Shown here one piece after another: positions 9,617-19,439 of a DNA stretch of 64,000 nucleotides. This DNA comes from a virus (Duplodnaviria; Caudoviricetes), in IMG/VR virus record IMGVR_UViG_3300013005_000037, positions 1-64,000 of that record; one strand, given 5' to 3'. How positions within the stretch are numbered: the first letter of the stretch is position 1; every line of letters begins with the position of its first letter. The notes under the pieces are model-generated. The model did not search any database. It saw only the letters and a list, made by a program, of their open reading frames with translations, and was not told where the DNA came from. A program made the translations under genes and the position numbers.

Positions 9617-10891
9617 ATGAAAGTCGTACACCGCAAAAAAGAAATACAAAAATCATTATTAGTATATGCTGATTGGAATTGCACAACTGGATTCGGAGCA
9701 GTAGCCAAAGAGCTAGTTGATGAATGGTCAAAAGACAAAAATTTAAGTATTGTTATTTTTGCTATTAATGATAAGAGTAAAGCAGTTTACGATTACCTAC
9801 CAAACGTAAAAGTGATACCAGCTTTGCAAACTGGAGATAAAGACACCAGAGGAGATATTTACAGACGAATTGAATTGCTTCAAATAATTTATCAAAACGA
9901 TTTTGATGCTTTGTTTTTTTTACAAGATGTAGAAGTTATTAATGCAATGGCTGACAATCTAAAAGAAGTCAAAAATAAAAAGAGAGAGGAAAACCGACCT
10001 AACTTTAAGTCGATGATTTATTTTCCAATTGATAGTGAGCCAAGAATGGCTGATTTAAAAGTATTGTCATTTTTTGACGAAGTAGTTACTTATACGCAAT
10101 ATGCTAAAGGAGTAATGAAACCTTTGCTTTCTGACACGCAATTCAAAAAGATTAAGATTATACCACACGGAACTAATACAACCGATTTCCATCCTTATTC
10201 TCCACTTGCCAAAGCAAAAGCAAAAAGCGATATTTTTGGTACGGAAGATGTGTTTGTATTTGGAAGCGTAAACAGAAACCAAGTTAGAAAAGATTTTGGA
10301 AGTCTTATTATGGGATTTGCTATGTTCAAACATACAACTGGTGCAAACGCCTTGTTATATCTTCATTGTAATCCAGTTGACCCAATGGGAATAAACATTT
10401 TTAGATTATGTGATAGAGTAGGATTAGAAGTAGGTAAAGATGTAATAATTCCAAAAGACTATTCAGAAAATAAAGGTTGTTCCCTAGAGGAATTGAATAA
10501 GATATATAATTCATTTGATTGTTTTATTACAACAACTACTGCGGAAGGTTGGGGATTGACAATTACCGAAGCTATGGCAACAAAATGTCTGGTAATATGT
10601 CCAAAACACACTTCTTTGACCGAAATAACAGACAACGGAGAAAATTCTTTGAACTTTATGTTTAGTCAACAAGCAGTTTTTGTAAATGACTTTGAGAAAA
10701 TAAGAATCACAACAAACCCAATGGAAGTTAAAACTCTATGCGAGGTAGCTTATGGATTAAAAGATGAAGTACCAGAACTACAAGAACAAGTCAAGCAAAA
10801 AATTGAAAATGCCTACAACAAAGTTTCAGCTATGAAGTGGGATGGTATTGCAAAGCAGTTTAAAGTGATTATTGATAGATTAGTAAAATAA
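9617..10891 (+). CDS. Glycosyltransferase family 4 (GT-B)
   Basis: TGFG N-terminal loop, IIPHGTN, VNRNQVRKD, EGWGLTITEAMA. Confidence 0.88.
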   Translation: MKVVHRKKEIQKSLLVYADWNCTTGFGAVAKELVDEWSKDKNLSIVIFAINDKSKAVYDYLPNVKVIPALQTGDKDTRGDIYRRIELLQIIYQNDFDALFFLQDVEVINAMADNLKEVKNKKREENRPNFKSMIYFPIDSEPRMADLKVLSFFDEVVTYTQYAKGVMKPLLSDTQFKKIKIIPHGTNTTDFHPYSPLAKAKAKSDIFGTEDVFVFGSVNRNQVRKDFGSLIMGFAMFKHTTGANALLYLHCNPVDPMGINIFRLCDRVGLEVGKDVIIPKDYSENKGCSLEELNKIYNSFDCFITTTTAEGWGLTITEAMATKCLVICPKHTSLTEITDNGENSLNFMFSQQAVFVNDFEKIRITTNPMEVKTLCEVAYGLKDEVPELQEQVKQKIENAYNKVSAMKWDGIAKQFKVIIDRLVK

Positions 10892-10926
10892 AAAAAGCCA
10901 CCATAATAGGTGGCTATTTTTTTTTC
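10891..10926. terminator. Bidirectional intrinsic terminator
   Basis: AGCCACC-ataata-GGTGGCT stem (10896-10915) flanked by an A-tract and a T-tract between convergent genes. Confidence 0.85.
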
Positions 10927-10943
10927 TTTAAAAAATAATATGA

Positions 10944-11063
10944 TTACTTTCTAAACGCTCCAACTTTGTAAGCGATTAATACCAATAATACAATTTGAAT
11001 TGTGTTATGGACATTAGTTCCGCCTAACCATTCTGGACTTTTGATGTCTAAAATTCCTCCCAT
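10944..11063 (-). CDS. Small antisense-strand membrane peptide (39 aa)
   Basis: Manually translated MGGILDIKSPEWLGGTNVHNTIQIVLLVLIAYKVGAFRK; has its own promoter and the terminator downstream. Confidence 0.7.
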   Translation of the reverse strand: MGGILDIKSPEWLGGTNVHNTIQIVLLVLIAYKVGAFRK

Positions 11064-11092
11064 TTTAAATTTATTTTATTAATTAATAAATA

Positions 11093-11100
11093 CAAATGTA
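11093..11100 (-). promoter_or_regulatory. -7 promoter box on the minus strand
   Basis: Reverse complement TACATTTG, 30 nt upstream of ORF 11063. Confidence 0.6.
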
Positions 11101-11232
11101 TATAATTATAAAATATTATTTTAAATAATATTAAAAATAACTGAAATTTTTTTTGTTGTAAGTAATTCAGTTTAAAACAAATGACAAATACTTATTATTT
11201 AAAATATAAGTAAATCATTCAATTTAATTAAT

Positions 11233-11240
11233 TATATTTG
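11233..11240 (+). promoter_or_regulatory. -7 promoter box
   Basis: TATATTTG upstream of the HNH/polyvalent operon. Confidence 0.65.
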
Positions 11241-11263
11241 CTTTTTATAATACTAAAATCGTT

Positions 11264-11803
11264 ATGGATAATTTAGAAATCTGGAAAGATATAAACGGTT
11301 ACGAAGGATACTATCAAGTTTCAAATATTGGTAGAGTTAAGTCTTTAGCAAGGGTAATTGAATACAGAAAAGGTATTTATGGAAATAAAAAAGAAATTAT
11401 TTTAAAAACATTTAAAGATGGAAAAGGGTATTTAAAATATAAACTTTGTAAAAATGGAAAAGAAAAATCAGTTATATCACATAGATTAGTTGCTATTGCT
11501 TTTTTACATAATTTAAATCAAAAGCCAGAAGTTAATCATATAAACGGAATAAAAGATGATAACAGACTTGAAAATTTAGAATGGTGTACAAGTTCAGAAA
11601 ACACAATACACGCTTTAAACCAAAAACTTAAAATACCACAAAAAGGTTCAGAACACGGAATGTCAAAATTAACGGAAGAAAAAGTTTTAGAAATAAGATT
11701 AATAGGAAGAACAAAAACTACAAAAGAACTTGGCGAAATATATAATGTACATAGGACTTTAATTAGTCAAGTGTTATTAAATAAAATTTGGAATCACGTT
11801 TAA
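11264..11803 (+). CDS. NUMOD4-HNH homing endonuclease
   Basis: EIWKDINGYEGYYQVSNIGRVKS (NUMOD4); HRLVA...VNHINGIKDDNRLENLEW; C-terminal HTH. Confidence 0.93.
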   Translation: MDNLEIWKDINGYEGYYQVSNIGRVKSLARVIEYRKGIYGNKKEIILKTFKDGKGYLKYKLCKNGKEKSVISHRLVAIAFLHNLNQKPEVNHINGIKDDNRLENLEWCTSSENTIHALNQKLKIPQKGSEHGMSKLTEEKVLEIRLIGRTKTTKELGEIYNVHRTLISQVLLNKIWNHV

Positions 11804-11812
11804 GATAAAAAA

Positions 11813-14800
11813 ATGGCAAAAGGAAAAGTAAAATTAACCCAAAAAGGTGCTGAAAATTCTCCAGCTGGAGGTGTTGTTGTGGGAGAAAGAAATGGTCAAA
11901 CTATGATTTATGACGATGCTTCTGTTGGCGGTTATTTTGTGGGGAAAACACATAGTAAAGGCGGAATTAAAATGGTTAACAAATCTAGTGGGCAACAACT
12001 AGAAGTTCAAGGCTCGGAGGTTATTATTACTGCTCCAGCGGTTGCAGACCAAACCAAAAACGAGTTTAATGGTAAAATGATGACTAACAGAGAAGTGTTA
12101 TCTGCAATAAATGAAAAAGGTGGTGGCGTATCATTTGCTAAAGGTGGAGATATTCCTAAAAACATAAAACGTACTGGAGCAAGTTATAAGTATGGTGGTA
12201 AAACAATGACCGACCACGAAATATATAAAAAAATTACTGGAGGACATTTAGCCGAAGGAATGACACTTTCTAAAATTGCAAAAAAACATAATGTTTCTTT
12301 AAAGGATTTACAAAGACAAGTTGATATGGGTATGAAAGCTGAAAGCGAACATACTTCAAGCAAACGTGAGCAAATGAAAATTGTAAAAGACCATTTGTTT
12401 GAAAATCCAAAGTATTATTCTTTGCTAAAAAGAGCTGGATTAAAACACGGTGGCGCAGTTCGTAGAAGTAGTCTTGTTAGAGATTCAAAAAAAGGAAACA
12501 CACCAGCAAGGGATTTAAACAATTACAACGATGTTCTTGATATGGATGCCGATGGTGTATATGGTGCTGAAACTGGATTGTATGCTGGTGGAGGGGTAAC
12601 ACCATACGATGCAAATATGGAAGGAGATAGTGCTGATATGATGTTTGCAAAAGGGGGTGCTACTGATGTTGTTGTAGATAACTGGAGTGATATACCAGAT
12701 GAATTTAAAAACATAAGATTGCCAAAGCAAATTGATTGGAACGCAAACCCTAGCGATGATGGGTTAAATGAAATTGTAAAACCATTTTTAAGCAAAGAAC
12801 CATTAAGACCAGCGATGGAAGGTATAAACTTTGATGATAATGGAATAACAGTTACAAACGCACATATTTTATTAACTATACCTACGGTTGACCACGAGTT
12901 TCAAGGAATTTATAAAAAAGAAAAATTATCATCTAAATCTTTACAAGAAGTATTTCCAGATGGGGTTATAAAAATTGATGCAAAATTTCCAAATTACGAG
13001 CCAATAATTCCTAAACAATCAGAAATTAAAAAAGTTTTTTATGTTGATGTCTTAAAACTACTAACGTATTTTAAGGTAGCTAAAAACTATTCGGACAACA
13101 CGCAAATTATATTTAAAATTGATGGTTCAGAAATGTCTGTTGCTCCAGATTTAATGATTAATTTTTTAACCTCCTTAATCAAGCTTGGTGGTAATCAATT
13201 TATGTATGTTAGCTTTCAAACAGATAAAAGAGCTTTAATTTTTAGCTACTATTCAACTTTTTCGTTAGGCAAAGATGTTATTGGATTAATAATGCCTTAT
13301 GTTTTTGATAAAGGAGAAACTTACGGTGCAGTAAATGAAGAAAAAAAAGCAGAGTTAAATGTTTACTTTGACTTTGATTACAATGTAATTCGTAATGCTG
13401 ATGATAGTATTGTTGATTTAACTCCAAAGCCTACAAAAACAAGAGCTAAAAGAACGCCAAAGACAACTCAAAGTCAAACCAGTACACAAAAAAGTAAAAC
13501 CATTACCGATGAAGATGTTGAAATTAAAAAACTAATTTTAGAATTTATAAATCAAGCTGGTTGGATTTTAAAAAAAGAGATTAAGAAAAAAATAGGAGAA
13601 AGTTTTTATAAAGATTTTTATAAATCAGACCCGCCTACTATTTATCGATTAACCGCTATTACCGCAGAAGGATTATATCCTACTGACGAAAAAACATTAA
13701 AGTTTTTAGAGAAAATTGGAATGTATGATGACTATGAAGAACCAGTAAAAGAAACTTCGTCTGAAAAATTTACTGCTGGAGAAATTGATATGTTTAACCA
13801 AATAGATGCAATTGTTAATAGTTACGGTATAACAGTTGTAAGCACAATGTCTTGGAGTAAAGGCACATCAAAAACAACAGATTTTGATATAGTAAATACA
13901 TTAACTGGAGATGTTTTTGAATTAAGAAAATATAATCTCTCTTTAGGTGTTCAAGACGATGATATTGAAAAAGAAAAGTCAAGAGAATTAATTAAAGATT
14001 ATAATGAATGGAAAACATTAACGCCTACTAAAGATGTAGAAAAACAAGAAAAAGTAGAAGTTTTTAAATTAATTGGTTTATCAAGTGATGGAACTGAATC
14101 CGTTGTTGGGATTTATAGTGCTACTGAATTATTGAAAAATATAAAACGTTTAGAAAACACATTCCCATTTAGAGAAACATTCCCATTTCGTATTTACGAT
14201 AATAATGGTAAAGAATATGGTTCAATAACTTTTGGTAAAGGAATTACAACACTACCAGAACTTGAAATATCTATTATTGATAGTCCTATATTTGATGATT
14301 ATAATTGGACAGAATTTGTAAATTATGATAAAGAAATTACTCCATTTGAACAACCAAAACCGAGTAAAACCGAAAAACCAAAACGTAATTTTGAGTTAGA
14401 ACGTAAATACTTGTCGCAAAGGATTTCAGATTTGGCAAAAGAGTTGGATTTAAAAAAACCAATACTATCAAATGAAGAAGTTGCTTTTTACCAAAGAGAG
14501 ATTAATTCATTTATTTTAAAGTTAAGAAAACTTAACGATGCTGAAATGAGTTTAAAATCTATTGAGGAAAGAGTAAGGGGTGTATATGAATTAAAGATTT
14601 CAAGTTTTGACAATCAGTACACGGAAACAGATATGACCTCTATAAACGCCTTAAAATCGCAATTAACAGAAAAGGAATATTTTAATGTTAGAACGCCAGA
14701 GTTTAAATCGTTTTTTGGAGATTGGGAAACTGCGTATTTGAATGATAGTTATGCTGGAGTATCGAAAGTTATAAATCCAGTTACAAAAGAACCTCAACCA

Positions 14801-15391
14801 GTATTTCACGGAACAAACGTTTTATTTGTAAATTGGAAAACATACGACACTAACAACGCACATTATTTTGCAGTTAAAAGAGAGATGTCGGAGTTTTTTG
14901 CTACATCGTGGGAAACAAGAGCAGATAAAGCTGGGGTAGATTCTGAAATTCTTAAAAAGTTAAATCCAAATAGAGGTACTTTTTTATTAAGATGTTTTAT
15001 TGATGTAAAGAACCCAATTGATTTTTCAAGATTTGGTGTTGAAAAATATCCTATTAGAGAGTTTCTTACTTTTTTAAGGGTAAACTATAATATTGGAGAT
15101 TTTGATTTCTGGACTAACATAACTTCTCATAGCGGATTCACACAAGATACAGAAGTGTATGCTTGGCAGATAATTAGATTGTGGCAGTCTTTTACAAAAT
15201 ATGTAAAAGTGTTCACAACTTATGATGGTTATATTTTTTACGAATACATACCAACAAAACCTTATGGTGGATTAGAAAACGCATCGCTTTCTTATTGTGC
15301 TTTTGATAGCAACCAGATTAAGTTTACAGATGCCTACGAGTTTAACGCATTGTCTAATGATTCAAGATTTGATTTAGGAGGAATTTTATAA
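11813..15391 (+). CDS. Large polyvalent protein: GxxHxxGG N-domain, DUF5661-like, beta-clamp-like and ART-PolyVal-like ADP-ribosyltransferase domains
   Basis: GMKAESEHT...DHLFENPKYY; LRPAMEGINF...KFPNYEPIIP...GLIMP; VRTPEFKSFFGDWE...PVFHGT...YDGYIF...FDSNQIK. Confidence 0.8.
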   Translation: MAKGKVKLTQKGAENSPAGGVVVGERNGQTMIYDDASVGGYFVGKTHSKGGIKMVNKSSGQQLEVQGSEVIITAPAVADQTKNEFNGKMMTNREVLSAINEKGGGVSFAKGGDIPKNIKRTGASYKYGGKTMTDHEIYKKITGGHLAEGMTLSKIAKKHNVSLKDLQRQVDMGMKAESEHTSSKREQMKIVKDHLFENPKYYSLLKRAGLKHGGAVRRSSLVRDSKKGNTPARDLNNYNDVLDMDADGVYGAETGLYAGGGVTPYDANMEGDSADMMFAKGGATDVVVDNWSDIPDEFKNIRLPKQIDWNANPSDDGLNEIVKPFLSKEPLRPAMEGINFDDNGITVTNAHILLTIPTVDHEFQGIYKKEKLSSKSLQEVFPDGVIKIDAKFPNYEPIIPKQSEIKKVFYVDVLKLLTYFKVAKNYSDNTQIIFKIDGSEMSVAPDLMINFLTSLIKLGGNQFMYVSFQTDKRALIFSYYSTFSLGKDVIGLIMPYVFDKGETYGAVNEEKKAELNVYFDFDYNVIRNADDSIVDLTPKPTKTRAKRTPKTTQSQTSTQKSKTITDEDVEIKKLILEFINQAGWILKKEIKKKIGESFYKDFYKSDPPTIYRLTAITAEGLYPTDEKTLKFLEKIGMYDDYEEPVKETSSEKFTAGEIDMFNQIDAIVNSYGITVVSTMSWSKGTSKTTDFDIVNTLTGDVFELRKYNLSLGVQDDDIEKEKSRELIKDYNEWKTLTPTKDVEKQEKVEVFKLIGLSSDGTESVVGIYSATELLKNIKRLENTFPFRETFPFRIYDNNGKEYGSITFGKGITTLPELEISIIDSPIFDDYNWTEFVNYDKEITPFEQPKPSKTEKPKRNFELERKYLSQRISDLAKELDLKKPILSNEEVAFYQREINSFILKLRKLNDAEMSLKSIEERVRGVYELKISSFDNQYTETDMTSINALKSQLTEKEYFNVRTPEFKSFFGDWETAYLNDSYAGVSKVINPVTKEPQPVFHGTNVLFVNWKTYDTNNAHYFAVKREMSEFFATSWETRADKAGVDSEILKKLNPNRGTFLLRCFIDVKNPIDFSRFGVEKYPIREFLTFLRVNYNIGDFDFWTNITSHSGFTQDTEVYAWQIIRLWQSFTKYVKVFTTYDGYIFYEYIPTKPYGGLENASLSYCAFDSNQIKFTDAYEFNALSNDSRFDLGGIL

Positions 15392-15393
15392 AT

Positions 15394-16491
15394 ATGAATA
15401 TTCAAGAAAAAATAAAAGAGTTAGGATTAGTTCCTTTGTTTCCAGATTACTATTATTTTGATAGTAGTAAGTCAAGTGAAAATGATACTTTGAAAATAAA
15501 GTCTGATGAAGTTGATTTTCTTCAAAGAATGGTTTTTAAAAGAGAATTAATTGGATGTACTTTATACACAAAACTGGAAATTTTTAACGATACTTTTGAA
15601 AGTGAAATGAACTTCATTATAAGGCAAAAAGGCGAAAAAGTAGAAGAAATATACAGAGAAGAATATGAAAATTTAAAATTTGACAATTTGCCAGATGTTT
15701 TGAATTTTTTTAATGAAAAATATGAAATTGTTGCCAAAGTTTTTAATGAAATGCTACTTGAAAAATTGAAAGAGGAATTAGAGGAAGAAAAAAAGAAGCA
15801 AGAGGAAAAAGAACAACAAGAGCAAGAAAAGTCTGAACAAGAGCAAGGCGAAGAAGAAGGCGAAGAAGAAGGCGAAGGAGAAGGAGAAGGAGAAGGAGAA
15901 GGAGAAGGAGAAGGAGAAGGAGAAGGAGAAGGAGAAGGAGAAGGAGAAGGAGAAGGAGAAGGAGAGCCAAAGGAAATGTCGGCAAAAGATATTGAAAAAT
16001 TATTAGAGGAATTAAGCAAAGACCAAAAAGGGAAATCCAAACAAGGTCAAAACGATAATTCTGGAGATGAAATTGATTTAGAAGATTTTTTAGATAAGGT
16101 TGAACAAGGAGAAGCGGAAAACGATTTTACTAAAGGCTACAAAGACAAAGACCTTAAAGAAAAAATTGATGATGAAAAAGGTGGAGGGCAAGGAGAAGGA
16201 GAACCAGATGATATGGATTTTGATTTACCAGATTTTCCAGAGCCACCAGCCAATTCTGATAAAAGGATTGAAGGAGTTTTAGATGCTATTGTAGATATGC
16301 TAGATACTGACAAAGAAGATATTAAAAGACAATTCCCAACGCAAAAATCGGCAAAATCTTTTGTAAGTTTGTTGTCGCCAAATGAATTAGATTTTATAAC
16401 TACGCAAGTTGGCTTATCCGAAACTTTAAGTAGATTTGAAAAACAAAAATTAATAACAAGTAATTTCATAACAGAATTAGAAAACATATAA
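15394..16491 (+). CDS. Highly acidic protein with (EG)n tract
   Basis: 365 aa, E/D-rich centre; immediately upstream of the MoxR ATPase. Confidence 0.8.
   Translation: MNIQEKIKELGLVPLFPDYYYFDSSKSSENDTLKIKSDEVDFLQRMVFKRELIGCTLYTKLEIFNDTFESEMNFIIRQKGEKVEEIYREEYENLKFDNLPDVLNFFNEKYEIVAKVFNEMLLEKLKEELEEEKKKQEEKEQQEQEKSEQEQGEEEGEEEGEGEGEGEGEGEGEGEGEGEGEGEGEGEGEGEPKEMSAKDIEKLLEELSKDQKGKSKQGQNDNSGDEIDLEDFLDKVEQGEAENDFTKGYKDKDLKEKIDDEKGGGQGEGEPDDMDFDLPDFPEPPANSDKRIEGVLDAIVDMLDTDKEDIKRQFPTQKSAKSFVSLLSPNELDFITTQVGLSETLSRFEKQKLITSNFITELENI
15874..15963 (+). repeat. Perfect hexanucleotide repeat (GAAGGA)15
   Basis: Counted directly; in frame, encodes (EG)15. Confidence 0.95.
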
Positions 16492-16494
16492 ATT

Positions 16495-17862
16495 ATGACA
16501 AGAGAAGAATTAGAACTAGTAATTAGCGACACTACATTATCACAAGAAACAAGAGATGATGCTAAAGGTCAACTAGCAAAATTGGATGCCTTGCAAACTT
16601 CGTCTGGAGTACAAGGTATAAACAATGATATTTTATTTGCGGTACGAGAGTTTAATCAATCAATCGACAAATTGGCAAAAGCTGGTGTTGATAAGAAGCA
16701 AGTTGAAGATATTGTAGATGATAAATTCAGAGATACTAAAATTGGTAAAAATAATTTAGATTCTACTGTTTTAGAACTTATCGGAAAAACACAAACTGTT
16801 CAAATTATTAACTGGCAGAATGTTGTTGTTAAAACTGGAGATGGCAAGAAAAGAAAGATTTTTGATTTAATGCTTTCTGATTTTGAAGCTGGTAACAATA
16901 TTTACCTATACGGTGGTGCTGGAACTGGAAAAACCTTTATAGCAAAAGAAGTAGCAAACGCCTTAAACTACAAATTGATAACCTTGAACTGTAATCAATT
17001 TACTTCGCCTTTGGATATAGTTGGAGGGCAAACGATTGAGGGTTATCAAGAGGGTAGATTAATTGATGCCTTTGGATATACTGATGCAAGGAAAGAAATG
17101 AATAAAAGAACTGGAAAATATTTTTCTGGTGCAGTTTTATTATTAGATGAATTACCAAAACTTGACCCGAATACTGCTGGGGTATTAAATGATGGTTTAT
17201 CAAAAATTAAAGACCCTTCTGAAAGAACGCAAGATGGTTTAGAAATACGACCAGAAATTACGAATGGTAGAGGAGAAATTATTACAAAAGGAAATGTGTT
17301 TGTTATAGCAACTGGAAACTCTTTGTTAAATGAAGCTGATGTAAACTATGAAGCCAACTTTAAACAAGATTTATCGTTACAAGATAGGTTTGCTGGAAGC
17401 ACATACGAATTGATTATTGACCCACAATACGAATTAGATAATTTGATGTCTAATATTAAGATTGAAGATGAATTAGCAAATTTCACTTTTATTTTTAATT
17501 TCTTATTCAAATTAAGAACCGCAGTAGAGGACAATAATTTTTCAAGTAGAGCTTTTGTTTCTCAAAGGTTAATGATTTCTATGAGAGATACCTATATCGC
17601 TTTTAGACTTAACGAAAGACAAGGCGAAAAAAGAATAAAAAGTCCAAAAACTTTGCAAATTGCAGTTAAAACATTTTTAGATTTGTTTACAGAGCAACAA
17701 AGAAGTGTGTTGGAAGCTGATGTAAGAGTAGATGAATTTTTTGATTTAGTAAATAATAAAAATTTAAAACCGTTAGATTCTTTAGATTCTCCAGAGGACA
17801 AAACGGAAGCAAATTTATTGATTAAAGCATTTGATTTAAAAAACGCAAACAAAATTAAATAA
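16495..17862 (+). CDS. MoxR/CbbQ-like AAA+ ATPase
   Basis: Walker A GGAGTGKT, Walker B LLLDE, ATGN sensor, LQDRF. Confidence 0.88.
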   Translation: MTREELELVISDTTLSQETRDDAKGQLAKLDALQTSSGVQGINNDILFAVREFNQSIDKLAKAGVDKKQVEDIVDDKFRDTKIGKNNLDSTVLELIGKTQTVQIINWQNVVVKTGDGKKRKIFDLMLSDFEAGNNIYLYGGAGTGKTFIAKEVANALNYKLITLNCNQFTSPLDIVGGQTIEGYQEGRLIDAFGYTDARKEMNKRTGKYFSGAVLLLDELPKLDPNTAGVLNDGLSKIKDPSERTQDGLEIRPEITNGRGEIITKGNVFVIATGNSLLNEADVNYEANFKQDLSLQDRFAGSTYELIIDPQYELDNLMSNIKIEDELANFTFIFNFLFKLRTAVEDNNFSSRAFVSQRLMISMRDTYIAFRLNERQGEKRIKSPKTLQIAVKTFLDLFTEQQRSVLEADVRVDEFFDLVNNKNLKPLDSLDSPEDKTEANLLIKAFDLKNANKIK

Positions 17863-19436
17863 TGCCAAAAGCAAAAGATAATTATATAGTATTTGGATTT
17901 GACCCCTATAAGTTTATAGAGGAAGGATTGGATATTGTAAAAAAAGATGGTTTAAGGACAATTTATAGCGAAAGTTCAGTTACAAGCGGTATGAGTGTCA
18001 GTGGTAAAGATTACAATTGGCACGGATATAAAAGCGGTTCGTCAAAATCTTTTGCAGAGCAATTTGATGTTAATTCTGGATTAGGAAGTTTTTTAGACCA
18101 AGATTTATTAACAAAGGTAGAGCAAGTTTATTCCAATATAAATGCCAAGTTAGATTTAGGTGGAGATTTTAAAGCATCGAGAATTAGATTTACTGAAAAA
18201 CCATTAGGAATATTTTCATTTGCACAAGCTAGTAAAGGTTTGATTAGACCAGTAGAATATTATTCAAAAGAGGAAAATAAAATAATACCTCCAGATGATG
18301 TTTTTAAGGGCGAATTTAAGGAGCTAGATTATTTTTATTATAAACACGATGGCAGAGAAGTTATTGTGGAAAGAAGGCAAGAAGGCACTACAAAGATAGC
18401 CGAGAGTTGCACCGATGTACTTTTAAAAGAAGATGAACAAAGCAAATTGTTTTTGCCATACAATGCAGAAGGTAAAATTGTAAACGAGTGTAAAGGAAAT
18501 AAATTGAGATATGCTACAACCACAAAAAAGGTTTATGCTTATCGAGAAAAAAAAGGTGGAGGTATTGCTCCTTATGTAGATTTATACATTTCTACTGGCG
18601 GTATAGGTAGTGTTAATCCAGAACAAATGATTATACGTTCATTGCCAAATATTCTATTATCAAGGATATTGGAAAAAGCTGGTGTAAGGGTTAGAATATT
18701 TGCTTATTGGTCAAATAGAGATTACAATAAAGACAGAGATTTTAACACTATGTTTATGTTAAAAAACTATGGAGAAACTATTGATTTAAACAAGATTGCA
18801 GTATTTTCTTCTGATACACGTTTTTATAGATATTGGTTAGCAAACTCAACTGTTGGTTGGTATAAATTTATGTGTGGAGATGCTAAAAGTGGTTTTGACA
18901 CAACTGGTACGCTTGACCCAACAACGTTTATGAGAGATATTTTACCAATGGTTAGAAACTATGTAAGCTATAAAATCAATGTAGGAGAATTTCCATCGCA
19001 AGTTGTAAATAAGAAATTGATGTTATTTGCAAATATGGATGTTGATGGTAGCGACAAAATAGAAACTCCAGAAATTGAGAAAAAAGTAATTGAAAAGTTT
19101 TATTCTATTTTAGATTATATTCAAATGCAGTTATCCAATACTCCAAGAAAGGTGTTGCAAGACATTATTAAAAGAGAAAAGGATAATGGAAAGTCTGAAA
19201 GTGAAATTAAAAGATATATTAGAAGCTCAATTACCAATGTATTGTCGCCAACCAAAGAATTTCAAAAACAAAGTCCAGCAGAATTGAAAAAGATGTTGGA
19301 TAGCGGAAGTTTGACTAAAAAGGAATACGAAGAAAAATTAAGAGTGGAGATTATGTTAGACACACCGAAAGATGCAGATGATATAATCGAGGAGAGAGAA
19401 AAATTATTAAATATATTAAATACTTTAATACTATAA
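17862..19436 (+). CDS. Degenerate vWA-like partner of the MoxR ATPase
   Basis: VDLYISTGG...LSRILEKAGVRVRIF...LKNYGETIDLNKIA; directly coupled to the MoxR gene. Confidence 0.55.
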   Translation: MPKAKDNYIVFGFDPYKFIEEGLDIVKKDGLRTIYSESSVTSGMSVSGKDYNWHGYKSGSSKSFAEQFDVNSGLGSFLDQDLLTKVEQVYSNINAKLDLGGDFKASRIRFTEKPLGIFSFAQASKGLIRPVEYYSKEENKIIPPDDVFKGEFKELDYFYYKHDGREVIVERRQEGTTKIAESCTDVLLKEDEQSKLFLPYNAEGKIVNECKGNKLRYATTTKKVYAYREKKGGGIAPYVDLYISTGGIGSVNPEQMIIRSLPNILLSRILEKAGVRVRIFAYWSNRDYNKDRDFNTMFMLKNYGETIDLNKIAVFSSDTRFYRYWLANSTVGWYKFMCGDAKSGFDTTGTLDPTTFMRDILPMVRNYVSYKINVGEFPSQVVNKKLMLFANMDVDGSDKIETPEIEKKVIEKFYSILDYIQMQLSNTPRKVLQDIIKREKDNGKSESEIKRYIRSSITNVLSPTKEFQKQSPAELKKMLDSGSLTKKEYEEKLRVEIMLDTPKDADDIIEEREKLLNILNTLIL

Positions 19437-19439
19437 AAA

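Noticed and set aside
15522-16040. Minus-strand poly-(SP) and poly-Leu ORFs
   Set aside because: Antisense shadows of the (GAAGGA)n tract
16495-17862. MoxR ATPase as the packaging motor or a true cobalt chelatase subunit
   Set aside because: AAA+ rather than FtsK/terminase motifs, and no cobalamin genes nearby
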